Positions 9,621-20,258 of a stretch of 64,000 nucleotides of DNA are shown here, piece after piece; position 1 is the stretch's first letter, and each line of letters opens with the position of its first letter. The stretch comes from Schizochytrium sp. TIO01. Taxonomy: Eukaryota > Protista > Bigyra: Labyrinthulomycetes. The stretch covers positions 8,848,761 through 8,912,760 of the forward strand of contig SMSO01000031.1 of assembly GCA_004764695.1 (NCBI GenBank), read 5' to 3'. The position numbers and the translations under genes were made by a program. The notes under the pieces were generated by a model. That model worked only from the letters and a program-made list of their open reading frames with translations, had not been told where the DNA came from and searched no databases.

Positions 9621-11429
9621 ATGGCGAGTTGCAAGGCGCTGGCGTTTCTCTTGGTGGCTTGTATCTTTGGCGTTGGCCTCTCGTTTCTAAGTGAATCTGA
9701 AACGTTGTCAAGGCTATGGGCTCTCGACGACACAGCTCCAAGTAAAGAAAGGCCAAAAGAGCGCCAGGACAAAAAGGTGAAAAACATTGGAAACGAAGAA
9801 CTAGTAGAAGCGAAGAAGACCTCGGGTCAAGCACAATACTCCCATCAAAACTTGGGCGATAATGCAGTCAAGCGTTCTAAAGAGTTAGCCAACCACAGTG
9901 TCAACGAGACTCCAGCAACTGCCTCACCATCAATAGTTTTCCAAAATGAAGTTGGCCAGGATTTCTTGCCATCAAGCTCTGAATCAAAGCCCCACAATCA
10001 AAGTGGTGACTATTTGTCATTCAAGGGCACATTTTCACCCACTTCAGAAGATTTGGGATCTGGACCCAGGAATGAGAAAATCCCATGGCCACAGGAACAA
10101 CAAAACCGAAGCCGCGCCTTTGGGTTAGGTATCGCGCATCCTAAGCTTAAAGATCTCTTAGAGCGAATTCGCAATGAAACAGCTGTCAAGATTGCAGTGC
10201 TTGGCGGAAGTGTCTCAGCAGGAGGGGGTAACATAACAGCAGAAAAACGCTATTTTAGCCACTATACGCACTGGCTGAAAAACCTAACGTCATCACCTAG
10301 AAAAATCACGCTTTCTAACTATGCGCAAGGCGGGGAAAATTCATTATATGGGGCTCTGCTTTTCTCAGCTATTGTTCCTTTGGATACTGATTTAATATTT
10401 TGGGAGTATTCTCCAAATGACAAAACGTATCCTGGATTAAATGGCTGTTGTAGACCCAACGATATGATATATATCCAGGATGCGTTTCTTCGGAGGGTTT
10501 CATCTATGAATCCATTGCCAGTTGTTATTCTAGTGTATACGTGGTCGATTCCTTCTCACAAAGATTTGATCCGAGGGCGTTCAATTAAAGATAAGTCTCT
10601 TCGTAGTACCAAAGACCACGCCCTCCAATTCCCATTTGTTGCGGGCTATGTTAGCCTCGTGGAGGAGCTCTTACAGAACCCAAACCTCCCAAAGCTCGTT
10701 CCAGAAGTAGAAGAGATGTTTTTTGCAGATAAGGTACATCCAAATGAAAAGGGGCACACTCTTATGGGTAAATTACTTATTGATCTTTCTGTCATGGCAA
10801 GCTCCTCATCATCCAAGTCAGCTACAAATGGTGCTTCCCTTATCCCACAGCCAAAGTGGCCTTGCGATGACAATGGACTCTCTATCAGGAATGCGTTAGC
10901 TGAAGTGCAATACACTCAAGCTTGGACTGCTTTACAGCCTTCCATTCCCAACCAGCAACTTTCTCTCGTATTTTATGAAGCTAGCCAGAAGAAGGTTTCA
11001 CCTATTGAGGACAGACTTAAATTTATTATCAACGGAAAAACGAGTCAAATTAGAATTGATCGTAAATATTCTCTGGAGCTTCCATGTTGCTCTCGCGACG
11101 AATACCTTCGGTTTAACATAACCTCTGCAACGCGTCAAAAGGCTTTGAATTTTCGTGTTGATTATCCTGATGACCTTATCGTATATATTAGCTCATCAGC
11201 TGATCTTGATTCCACATTTGTATATAAAGCCCCTTTAATTGACGCCTTCAGTTGGACATCAACATCATGCGTACTTCGTACTTTTCCTAATGGGGAATTC
11301 CGTTTGTGGGTAGATCTTGATTCCATCGCCGTAGACCCGAAATATGTGTTTATTTGTGAAAATATATGCAACAAAAGCGACACGCACAATACACTGAGAT
11401 GGTTTACCGCGATCGGTGGCCAAGTATGA
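9621..11429 (+). CDS. SGNH/GDSL-type hydrolase, signal/anchor, paralog 2
   Basis: N-terminal hydrophobic segment, then GGSVSAG, AQGG, WEYSPND and DKVHPN. Colinear with paralog 1 through to the C-terminal RWF. Confidence 0.82.
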   Translation: MASCKALAFLLVACIFGVGLSFLSESETLSRLWALDDTAPSKERPKERQDKKVKNIGNEELVEAKKTSGQAQYSHQNLGDNAVKRSKELANHSVNETPATASPSIVFQNEVGQDFLPSSSESKPHNQSGDYLSFKGTFSPTSEDLGSGPRNEKIPWPQEQQNRSRAFGLGIAHPKLKDLLERIRNETAVKIAVLGGSVSAGGGNITAEKRYFSHYTHWLKNLTSSPRKITLSNYAQGGENSLYGALLFSAIVPLDTDLIFWEYSPNDKTYPGLNGCCRPNDMIYIQDAFLRRVSSMNPLPVVILVYTWSIPSHKDLIRGRSIKDKSLRSTKDHALQFPFVAGYVSLVEELLQNPNLPKLVPEVEEMFFADKVHPNEKGHTLMGKLLIDLSVMASSSSSKSATNGASLIPQPKWPCDDNGLSIRNALAEVQYTQAWTALQPSIPNQQLSLVFYEASQKKVSPIEDRLKFIINGKTSQIRIDRKYSLELPCCSRDEYLRFNITSATRQKALNFRVDYPDDLIVYISSSADLDSTFVYKAPLIDAFSWTSTSCVLRTFPNGEFRLWVDLDSIAVDPKYVFICENICNKSDTHNTLRWFTAIGGQV

Positions 11430-11496
11430 AAGTGGAAAGTGGTTTGTTGAAGGCATGGTACTGCAGCTAACATTGAAATATCCTGATTCTTTTTAA

Positions 11497-11675
11497 GACT
11501 GTTGAAAGACAAATCTGGTCAACTCAAAATTGACTATGAAGACGAAGTCAAGAGTCTAGATGAAAGCTTGATGAAAGCTTCAGAAATCATGAGAATATAT
11601 GGCTTTACGCGTTAGCGATCTGCTGTCCCAGAGTTATAGATTCCAGGGCAGAGTTGTTCGTGTTACAATTAGGAG
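11497..11675 (+). repeat. Diverged dispersed repeat, copy A (decayed coding fragment)
   Basis: Translates as LLKDKSGQLKIDYEDEVKSLDE...VSDLLSQSYRFQGRVVRVTI and is similar at DNA level to 12497-12657. Confidence 0.55.
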
Positions 11676-12496
11676 ACTATACCAAGGTTGATATGTGATA
11701 AGCGTATTTGAAGAGGTTTGGCGAAGTGGTCCTTTCAGCAATCAATTCAAATCTCACTATACTTCATTCTAGCGAAAACATATGTACACTTTTGATCTTT
11801 AATTCCACAGCCAAACAACTGTAGTTTAGTATTTCTATTTCTATTTCTATTTTATGTAAATCTTAAGTCCTCAATGGCTTACAATTGAACATTTAAAACT
11901 CTAGCAATATGTTATCTCCACTAGTTTACGGATTGGAAATTCCACCATTTTCATTTAACTATAGATTTGTGTATATGCAATGCTAAAGAACTGCTTCTGG
12001 TGCAGACATTTGATATTACAAAGTTCAATTTATTTCGTGCATGTTATTTATAGTATATTTATTGCCTTTGACGTATTTCAAGATAGCTAGAACCTCTTGC
12101 AGTAGCTCAGTATATTCTATTTGGCCCCAATCTTCGTGTGACAAGTAGATCGCTGGGAAACTTGGGTGCGGGGGGCGGCTGCAAGTCTTAAGAGCAGAGG
12201 TATATTTTAAAAGAAAACAGAGAATTGACAAGGTGTGGATATATCGGAGGGTGTAGGATTAAAACCTGAGGTCTGTACATGTTAAATAGAATGAACTTCA
12301 ATAGGAGTAACCAAATTCTTTTGTTCAGGAGATAAGAAGAAATCGCCCCCCAACTTCGAATCTGTGTAAGCAAATCTTATCCATCATAGATTGCTTAATA
12401 CAATATGACCAGTAGACCGCAGATGCATATATAGATTAATCGTCCATAGCCTGCTCAATATTCTTTAAGTCGTCAAGCCCCTTAACTTCATTTTAT

Positions 12497-12657
12497 CATC
12501 TGCTGAAAGGTGATACTGATTAGCTTGAGGTTGACTGTAAAGATGAAGGCAAGAAGCTTGATGAAGGCTTTAAGAAGCTTGATTCAAGTGTTAGCGAACT
12601 GCTGTCCTGGAGAATGGATTCCAGGACAGTTGGGTTCATATAGTAATTAGGGAGATT
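12497..12657 (+). repeat. Diverged dispersed repeat, copy B (decayed coding fragment)
   Basis: Translates as LLKGDTD*LEVDCKDEGKKLDE...VSELLS(frameshift)ENGFQDSWVHIVI. Shares gttagcga.ctgctgtcc and gattccagg with copy A. Confidence 0.55.
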
Positions 12658-14860
12658 AAGACATTTTTGCAAGTAGTTAGAGATAATTGATGGGGTTAGG
12701 TTAATTCAACTTCTCCAACCATCGATTCAAGTTACACCATGCTTGGATGTAGGTAATGTGTATTCACACTTCAAGTTCTTGGCTCTGGCAGCCACATGAG
12801 TCTGGCTGCCTATTCTTTCTCTATTGTAAACCTTATGTCTAACTGGGTTTAACAAAGGGACACCAAGAACTCCAGCAATGTCTTGTCCACTAGTTCCTTC
12901 GACTGGAGATCTCAGCACCATCCAAACCTCTTGCAAATTGTTCTTAGTGTTTAAGAATAAAAAAAAGTTTACATCAGCAATCGCGAAACTAATCTTGGAA
13001 TGAAGTTTATTACTCTAATTTAAATGCCCAGACTTCAATGAATGTTCAAAAAAATCACGGCTCATCGAGACAATCAAAATTGTGAAGTTTATGTTTTTGG
13101 AGGAAATACCCAACCTGGAAATCGAATTGCAAAGGTGTGATATCCCCTGCCACTGAAAATGAGTCGTCCAATCAAGCTTTCTAGCTGAATTTTCTGTAAT
13201 AAGAAGGCTTTGGATGATATTAATTTCTAACCATTAGAGAACGTTTCCTAGGAATAAAATAGATTATGTTGATCAATAAACAAATGAGGTGGCCGCTTCA
13301 TTGCTGAAATCGACAATTGAAGATTCATGTGAATACTATATTACGAATGTCGTTGGCACACTATTATAAGTCGTCAACTGTTAGGGTTGTAGCTGATAAT
13401 AACTTGGTATAAGGCTGTGAGGCCAAGGGAACTCAAGAATGAAAATACACTATTTGACCAAGTGAAAATTTATGAGCATGCCTGTGTTAGTGGTTTTCGA
13501 AGCAAGTTGAGTCTGTCCTAGCCTTCAAATTAGAATATGAAGCAGTTCATTTTATCGCTTGTCTTCAAGGTCCGCAGATCGCTATATCTATAGGCGTATT
13601 ATATATACTACTGTCTTAAAAAAGTCTTGTCATACATTCCAAGCCTTTTGCCTCCATCTTCCCAGGCAGCCTCTAGCGAACGAGAGATATGCTTTCAGCG
13701 GTGTGCCGAGGACTCTGTTATTGTTTTGTGCACACGTCCCTAGGTAATCTGAGCAACACTTCACAGACTGTGCGGCATTGATTTTGCACACTTCCAATCG
13801 AAGTCAATGCATTTCTTTTTATAACACATCAATCGTGGACTCAGTTCTACAAATGGAGTCTATTATGCCTTCAGCCAGGCAAATAGCTCATATCTTCTTT
13901 CTCTACCCCCGAATGAATTGTTATGTTATAAGTAGCACTTCTTTCCATATAGTATGTATGAGACACCATAAGGTAGGTAAAAATTTTGAGTTAAATTAAA
14001 TTACCAAATATATTAACAAAAAACGGCCATAGACCGCCGCTAACTAGAAGTCATAAAAAAGCTGTCAAAATTTCAGTACCATCTATATCAGGTCACCATA
14101 TGCTTTGCCTGGTTTTCCCCGCACATAGTTTTGGAGGTAAGAAACGTGAGGTGCTGGAGCACGGTTTACCCTTCATACTAGTTGAAGGCACACTGCAGGC
14201 CAGTAATTTCATGCAGTGGATTGAACTAGAGAAAATTCGAGCCCCATAAGTAACAAAAGGGACCGTAACGGTCACATAAGTTTCCTATTCCCAAACAGGA
14301 ATATTTGTACATCTTCACTTCATCATAAATATTTCGCAAGTCTGCCTAATCAGGAGCTAGGTACTGTTGAGTTGTACTAAAAGAAAGAAAAAACGAACCT
14401 TTGATGATTTACGAAGTTGTGATCAGCTAATCAGCATAATTGCAGGGGACTATTTCTCACCCTCCACCTCCAAATATTCGGTGATTTTGGTCCTCTTTGT
14501 AACATTCGCTTGTATAAAGTCTTCAGGTGGTTACAAAACCAGGCGCAGTAAGCGACTATTGTTGAAACGGTAGAAAGGCTGCTTCGTTATATTGTTTTTC
14601 TAGCATGACCCTTAAACAAAACATAGATCCCACCTATTTTGGCACGAATAATAACAGTACTAGTAGTTATGAAAGGCAATGACAATGTGACGAAAGTGAC
14701 AACGTACTACTTACCTATGGTACCTAGTAATAATAGGTAAAGGGTACACACGTGGCTGCAGGATGGCCGAGGGTCACTGTAATTGAACTGAGGAAACGGA
14801 AGCAAATTTTAGAACAAACCTCAAATCAAGTGCAACTTGGGTTAGGCTTCGCTTGAGAGT

Positions 14861-16447
14861 ATGTTGAACCGCCCTTTAAACTTATGTGTCTCGTTTGTAT
14901 GTTTCCTTATGGTGGTTTCGATGCCTTTGTATCGGCGTATTAACTGGAACCCCCAGTCAACAAGAGAAATTGCAGGTCAACACAGCGCAGACTTTTTGCA
15001 AAACAAGCCTGGGGTTGCTCTAGATGTCGAGGAGAAATCGGGCTCTTCGTCAGTCTGGAATAAAAGTTCGTATACAATACCGTATGTGGATTTGCAGTCG
15101 AAGCGCGATGCCCCGTTTGGCTTTGGTGCTGGCAAAGATGATTTTAAGAAGTTGCTAGAGCAAGTACGCAGCGGAGCGAAGGCCAATATAGTCACAGTTG
15201 GCAGCAGCATCACAGCGGGGGCCGGTGACGTACCATCATCCGAAAGGTATTTTGAGCATTATATCAACTGGTTGACATCTTGGGCTAATATATCTACAGA
15301 GGCTGTGCCGGAAAGAATTAACTTCACGAATGCTGGTCAAGGCGGGGCCACATCAGTGTATGGTGCCTTGCTTTATTCTGTACTAGTACCCGAAGGCACT
15401 GACCTGCTTTTTTGGGAATTCTCTGTGAACGACAAAAGCTTAGAAGATGACGGCCTTTGCTGCTCTAAGGAGGACATGCTTTTTATTCAGGATTTATTTT
15501 TGCGGCGTGTTGCTGCGATGAAGAAGCCGCCTGTCGTCGTGTTAGTTTATGTGTGGTCATCTCCTCTCGTCAAAGATTTACTAGCGGGGGTTAACTTATA
15601 CGATTCGTCATTCGAAAGTACATCGGAGCATGCATTAGCGTTCCCATTTGTTGCCGGTTACGTTAGTATGGTCAATGAAATCAAGAGATGGGGTGATGAC
15701 ACATTAAAGGTCCAGAAGGCCCGAAAAAAATTATTCGCTGACCGTGTACACCCTAATGGAAAAGCTCATCGGATCATAGGTCAACTTTTACGAAATCTTT
15801 CAATTGCAACATTGGAAAGCTCGCCAAGCAGTACAGACTTAAAAATAACACCAAAACACATGTTGACATCCAGAGAAAGTATTGATTGGCCATGCCAGAC
15901 ATATGGACTTAAAATTGGGCGTGCTTTACAGTCTATGCGAAAGACATATGCCTGGACTTTACTTGAGCCAACAGACCATGGTCACAATCTACCAGCGACG
16001 ACCTGGAATAGAGTAACTGGTGAGACCAGGAATGTCCTTGAAACGTCTAAGACTGTTCTGACTGGCGTGACGAGCTCCATTCGTAAGGATCGTAAATATG
16101 CACTCACACTACCATCTTGTTCTGATCACAATTATATTCGCTTTGACCTGACAGGTGTACAAAGACCAGCTGCATTTCAAATCTTTGTGGATGATGCAGA
16201 TTCCGTCGAAGTCTACACCGCAAATACGTCGAACCCAACTGCAATAAAGATGCACAAGTTGGAAATCGAAGATGCTGGCGCGTGGACTGGAACAAATTGC
16301 ATGTTTCGAACCTCACCTCGTTCTGATTACCGTGTTTGGGCGCATATTAATCCTGTTCTGGAAGCAAGTTATGCTTTCGTGTGCCAGCCCCAGAGCTATG
16401 GTGACACCCCCGCCCTAATGCGCTGGTTTGCAGTCGTTGAGGTTTGA
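14861..16447 (+). CDS. SGNH/GDSL-type hydrolase, signal/anchor, paralog 3 (more divergent, shorter stem)
   Basis: N-terminal TM, then GSSITAG, AGQGG, WEFSVND, IQDLFLRRV, DRVHPN and a terminal RWF. Confidence 0.82.
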   Translation: MLNRPLNLCVSFVCFLMVVSMPLYRRINWNPQSTREIAGQHSADFLQNKPGVALDVEEKSGSSSVWNKSSYTIPYVDLQSKRDAPFGFGAGKDDFKKLLEQVRSGAKANIVTVGSSITAGAGDVPSSERYFEHYINWLTSWANISTEAVPERINFTNAGQGGATSVYGALLYSVLVPEGTDLLFWEFSVNDKSLEDDGLCCSKEDMLFIQDLFLRRVAAMKKPPVVVLVYVWSSPLVKDLLAGVNLYDSSFESTSEHALAFPFVAGYVSMVNEIKRWGDDTLKVQKARKKLFADRVHPNGKAHRIIGQLLRNLSIATLESSPSSTDLKITPKHMLTSRESIDWPCQTYGLKIGRALQSMRKTYAWTLLEPTDHGHNLPATTWNRVTGETRNVLETSKTVLTGVTSSIRKDRKYALTLPSCSDHNYIRFDLTGVQRPAAFQIFVDDADSVEVYTANTSNPTAIKMHKLEIEDAGAWTGTNCMFRTSPRSDYRVWAHINPVLEASYAFVCQPQSYGDTPALMRWFAVVEV

Positions 16448-17423
16448 TTGGAATTTGTATTAAAACATGATTATTTATTTCTACTTTACCACCGTGGTCA
16501 ATAACCTTTTCGATAGATGCGAAGTCCTAAGGTATCCCTTTTGTTAAGAAAAATAAGACAAATTCTAGTTCTCAGCTGTGATCTCCAAACCCAAACTTAT
16601 TTAATTCGGCTTTGTTTAAGCAGCGAGAGCAAGAATAGAGAGTTCTTCACATCCTGCCTGAGACCTGTCCTTCCCGTTGATGTTGTCAAAGAGCCCAAGG
16701 AATTCGACTTTTCTACTTGTAGATATACTCCAAGAATCCAATTTTCATTAAGCAACAGAACAACGTTGGTAATTCCCCCATTTCCTGCTTTGCTAATTTG
16801 ATCTGCCGTTGATGGTGCACTGTTACAAAGTCCTGCCCAATACTCTCCCTCTACTAACCCGCCATACATCTGGCATCAAACATTCAGCACGAGACTGACC
16901 TTAAATCTTGCTTTAAAGAAAAAGAATGGTCTGCTAATGTCGGATGGTTCTCAAATAGACTTTGCGTTGCAATTGGGATTTCACCTGAAGTCGATCTCTT
17001 GGCACCTCTTAAGGTCCTCCCCTTTGCGGGGACCATTCGATGCGAGCTTGAGCCTTGGAATAATCTTTCAACATTGGTACAAAGCCAAAGTCCAGCAGGC
17101 AAACTCCAATTTCCTCCCACGATGTAAAAGTTCTCACCCTCAGGAGCGCCCGCACCCTCAGAGGGTTCTCGGAGTAGGTAGCTACTACGATGCGACCATG
17201 ATATCTGAGCTTCTTTTTTACTTTTCTAGGGTAGCCTGGACGCAGGCCAAATATGAATTAAACGCAGCTCCACCTGAAACGAAAGCCAGTCCTTATCTGC
17301 GTAGTGCGATATTTCATTCTGGTGTGTCAATTCCCGCTCATCGAGGCTTCATCCGATTGGAGTTCTTTACATCACACGGGCAGGGCAGGTTGCCAGCTTA
17401 TGTTGTGCACGAAGGAAGGAAAG

Positions 17424-17446
17424 TAGGTAGGTAGGTAGGTACCTAC
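17424..17446. repeat. (GTAG)n tract ending in the palindrome GTAGGTACCTAC
   Basis: gtaggtaggtaggtaggtacctac read directly. Confidence 0.7.
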
Positions 17447-18514
17447 GTGAAGCATCCGCCTGATTGCTCATCCACGCGGTCACAAGTTGACGGACGGAGA
17501 TTTCAAGCAAAGGCCAGGGGGCGTCGCGGAGTTATGCAGACCGGGGACGTAGGAAGGCACTTGTCCAGCTGGTTAGTGTCTAGGTACCCACTAGTTGCTG
17601 CGTTTTCAGGACTCGAAGGCTGTAATTGAAGTATCTCGAGCCATCGCTCCAAAAATCGGATCCGGCGCGATCCTTTCCTGGGTCATCTCTGACCTCCCAT
17701 TTAGGGGCGCCATCTTCACTGTTCGAGTGAATTTCCGTTCTTCAAATTGAAGCAGCTTAGGCGGATTCCAGTCTTGTGGCCGACGAGTGCCGGCGCCTGA
17801 GCTCCATCAGGACTCTCTCGGTCAAGGCTTGAGACCCACGCTGCCTAGTTCGAGCATAAGAGCTGCACAACCTCTTTCGGAAAAGGAAAAGCCCGCGGGA
17901 GCGTTGCGTCGGGCATCGTCTACTGGCCATCCAAGAGTGACGACAAGAACTTCGTACTACTCGAAGCCACCAGAACCGAACTCCCAAATATCGACGCGAC
18001 TTCGCAACAGCGGCGCCGCTGCTTTGGTTCCAGCGCCACGGCCTGCGCGTGGCGTCGTCCTTCCGTTCGCGCAATTTATAGAGCCACCGACACGACACCC
18101 GCTGCGCCTATGAGCCCCAAACGAATTCAGGCGGAGACAAAACGAACAAAATTTACATTTTAATGCGAAAGAAAGCGAAAGCGCTCTTTCTTTCAAGGAA
18201 AGCTTTCGTTTCTGCCGCCAACATCCTGTGCTCGCTTGAGGCACCTATCTGCCAACCTACGCACATTGTCAAATCGCAAACGTGGCGACGATTGAAGCTG
18301 CTCAAGCTCAACTCACACGTTTGCGCCAGCTTTTGCCACCTTCAAGAATATGCATACCTCGCTACTATGCCTTATATGATTGAGACGAACAACCTGCACC
18401 TTGAAGAAGCTATTTTATTTGTTTACAGGCAAGAAGGCTGCGAGAAGAGGCAGTGGCGACGGTGGCACATCTGCGCTGACGAAACCATTGTCCGAGCCTC
18501 GCAGCTCCCGTGGG

Positions 18515-18561
18515 CCGAGTTGCAGACAGGCTTCAGAGTAGTCCGAGTTGCAGACAGGCTT
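18515..18561 (+). repeat. 19-bp perfect direct repeat with a 9-bp spacer
   Basis: CCGAGTTGCAGACAGGCTT at 18515-18533 and 18543-18561. Confidence 0.85.
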
Positions 18562-18827
18562 TAGGGAAGGAAGTCTGTCTCGCTTTGATTAAAACTAATT
18601 TATTTATTGTTGTTATCATCCCCCCCAAAAGATTAAAAATTAAATCAAAAATAGAAAGTGAATAAATCAACTTGACAAAACAAACACGCGCCCAAGAAAA
18701 AGAAAAGACATGCAGGGATGACTCACAAACAAACAGAACGGAGCTTTTGCTCTTATGAAAAATCAAATTGAACTTGAACGTCTCGGGTACCTAGGCAACA
18801 GAACCTGTAGGAGAAATAAGAATCCTT

Positions 18828-18868
18828 AAAAAAGAAAAAGAAAAAGAAAAAGAAAAAGAAAAAAAAAG
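18828..18868. repeat. (AAAAAG)n microsatellite
   Basis: Read directly. Confidence 0.85.
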
Positions 18869-20208
18869 ACAGGTCGTAAGCCCTCCTCTGATTTATTTTA
18901 TTTTATTCTACTTTTTCGATTTCACCATTTGCGAGGCGCTTTTTCAAGCAGCGCTGCACTATACTACTGCTCCCCGCTCCTTTCCTGTTCTATCCATCCT
19001 TGATATGGTCGATTGATACCTCCTAACGTAGGTATTTCATTCTCCAATCTTTCTTTTCTGTGGAGAGGGCCCATGGCGTCCACCCGTTCATGCTCTATAG
19101 CCTAATCATAAGGCCTGCTACGGGAGCAGAGTAAAAAGAATCAATCAAATTCGTTCTCGCTATTATAAAAACTTAAGATCTTCTTGCGTGCGAGTGGTAA
19201 GCTCAACTTGAAGCCAAAACAATCCCTCATACGTGGATCAAATTCATACCTTCTAAGCGGCTGGGTGCTCTTGCCAAAGTCCTCGTCCTAGAACAAGCAA
19301 GTCTGCTTGCGAAAGCATCGTTGACTTCGCACTCATTTACACAGAGAGAGAGAGACTTACATTACAGCAAATGACTCCAAACTGGAGATAGACAGCGATG
19401 TTCTCATAAAATTGGACGAATCGAAAGGCGTGAGGGATTACAACCTAGCTACACTACAAACACTGCTTCCGTGGTGCCATCGTCTTCGCCGTGACCTCCA
19501 AGTGCGGCCTGTGGCTTTCCATCATCTCTGGAGGCAGAACGTATTAGTTGTAATGGGCGCCAACTTCTGTGCACCTTTGTCGGCTCAAACCCTGTGCACA
19601 GGGACCGCGTGCGTCCTCCGATTGGCGCTCAAGAGGTCGGCCCACGAGAGGTGCACTCGGAGACTTTATGAAGTAGGCAACGTGCAGCAGAGCAATGGCG
19701 TGCGTGGTCGTCGTGGTAGTCGTCGTAGCGCAATTGATAATGTCTGTCACCCTCGTGGAAAACTAACTTCATGAGAACATTGCCCACAGAATTTGCATCT
19801 CTTCAGATCGACCAATGCAGAATAAATGACACAGTATGGTCCGTTTAACTTGACGCTGAAGACTTAACAAGCAAGCTCTCGACCCGTCGAAGAGATATAT
19901 CTATCGAGATACCTGTCTTCAGTAAATCCAACTTCTTTCTGTAAACTCGTTTCGGGTCAGGTGCACAGGTCAGCGGTGTGGCCCGTTTTCTTCTGCTTGA
20001 GGAAAATGCATTGCACTTGAAATATGAAAGAAAGCAGCGGCACATTTATCATCAAGATCCTCTCTCTACAGAGGTAGAATATCCACGAAGAGGGTTGATT
20101 TGCTTGCCCCGTCCGTGTAAGACGACAGCTCTGCTCAATCGTCATCAATGAAGGTAGATAGATAGCGAAGCTACCTACTGCTGTTGGAGAGTCGGCGAGC
20201 CCTGCTTG

Positions 20209-20258
20209 TGTGCGTGCGTGCGTGCGTGCGTGTTTCATTCATTCATTCATTCATTCAT
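20209..20258. repeat. Compound microsatellite (GCGT)n-(TTCA)n
   Basis: Read directly. Confidence 0.9.
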
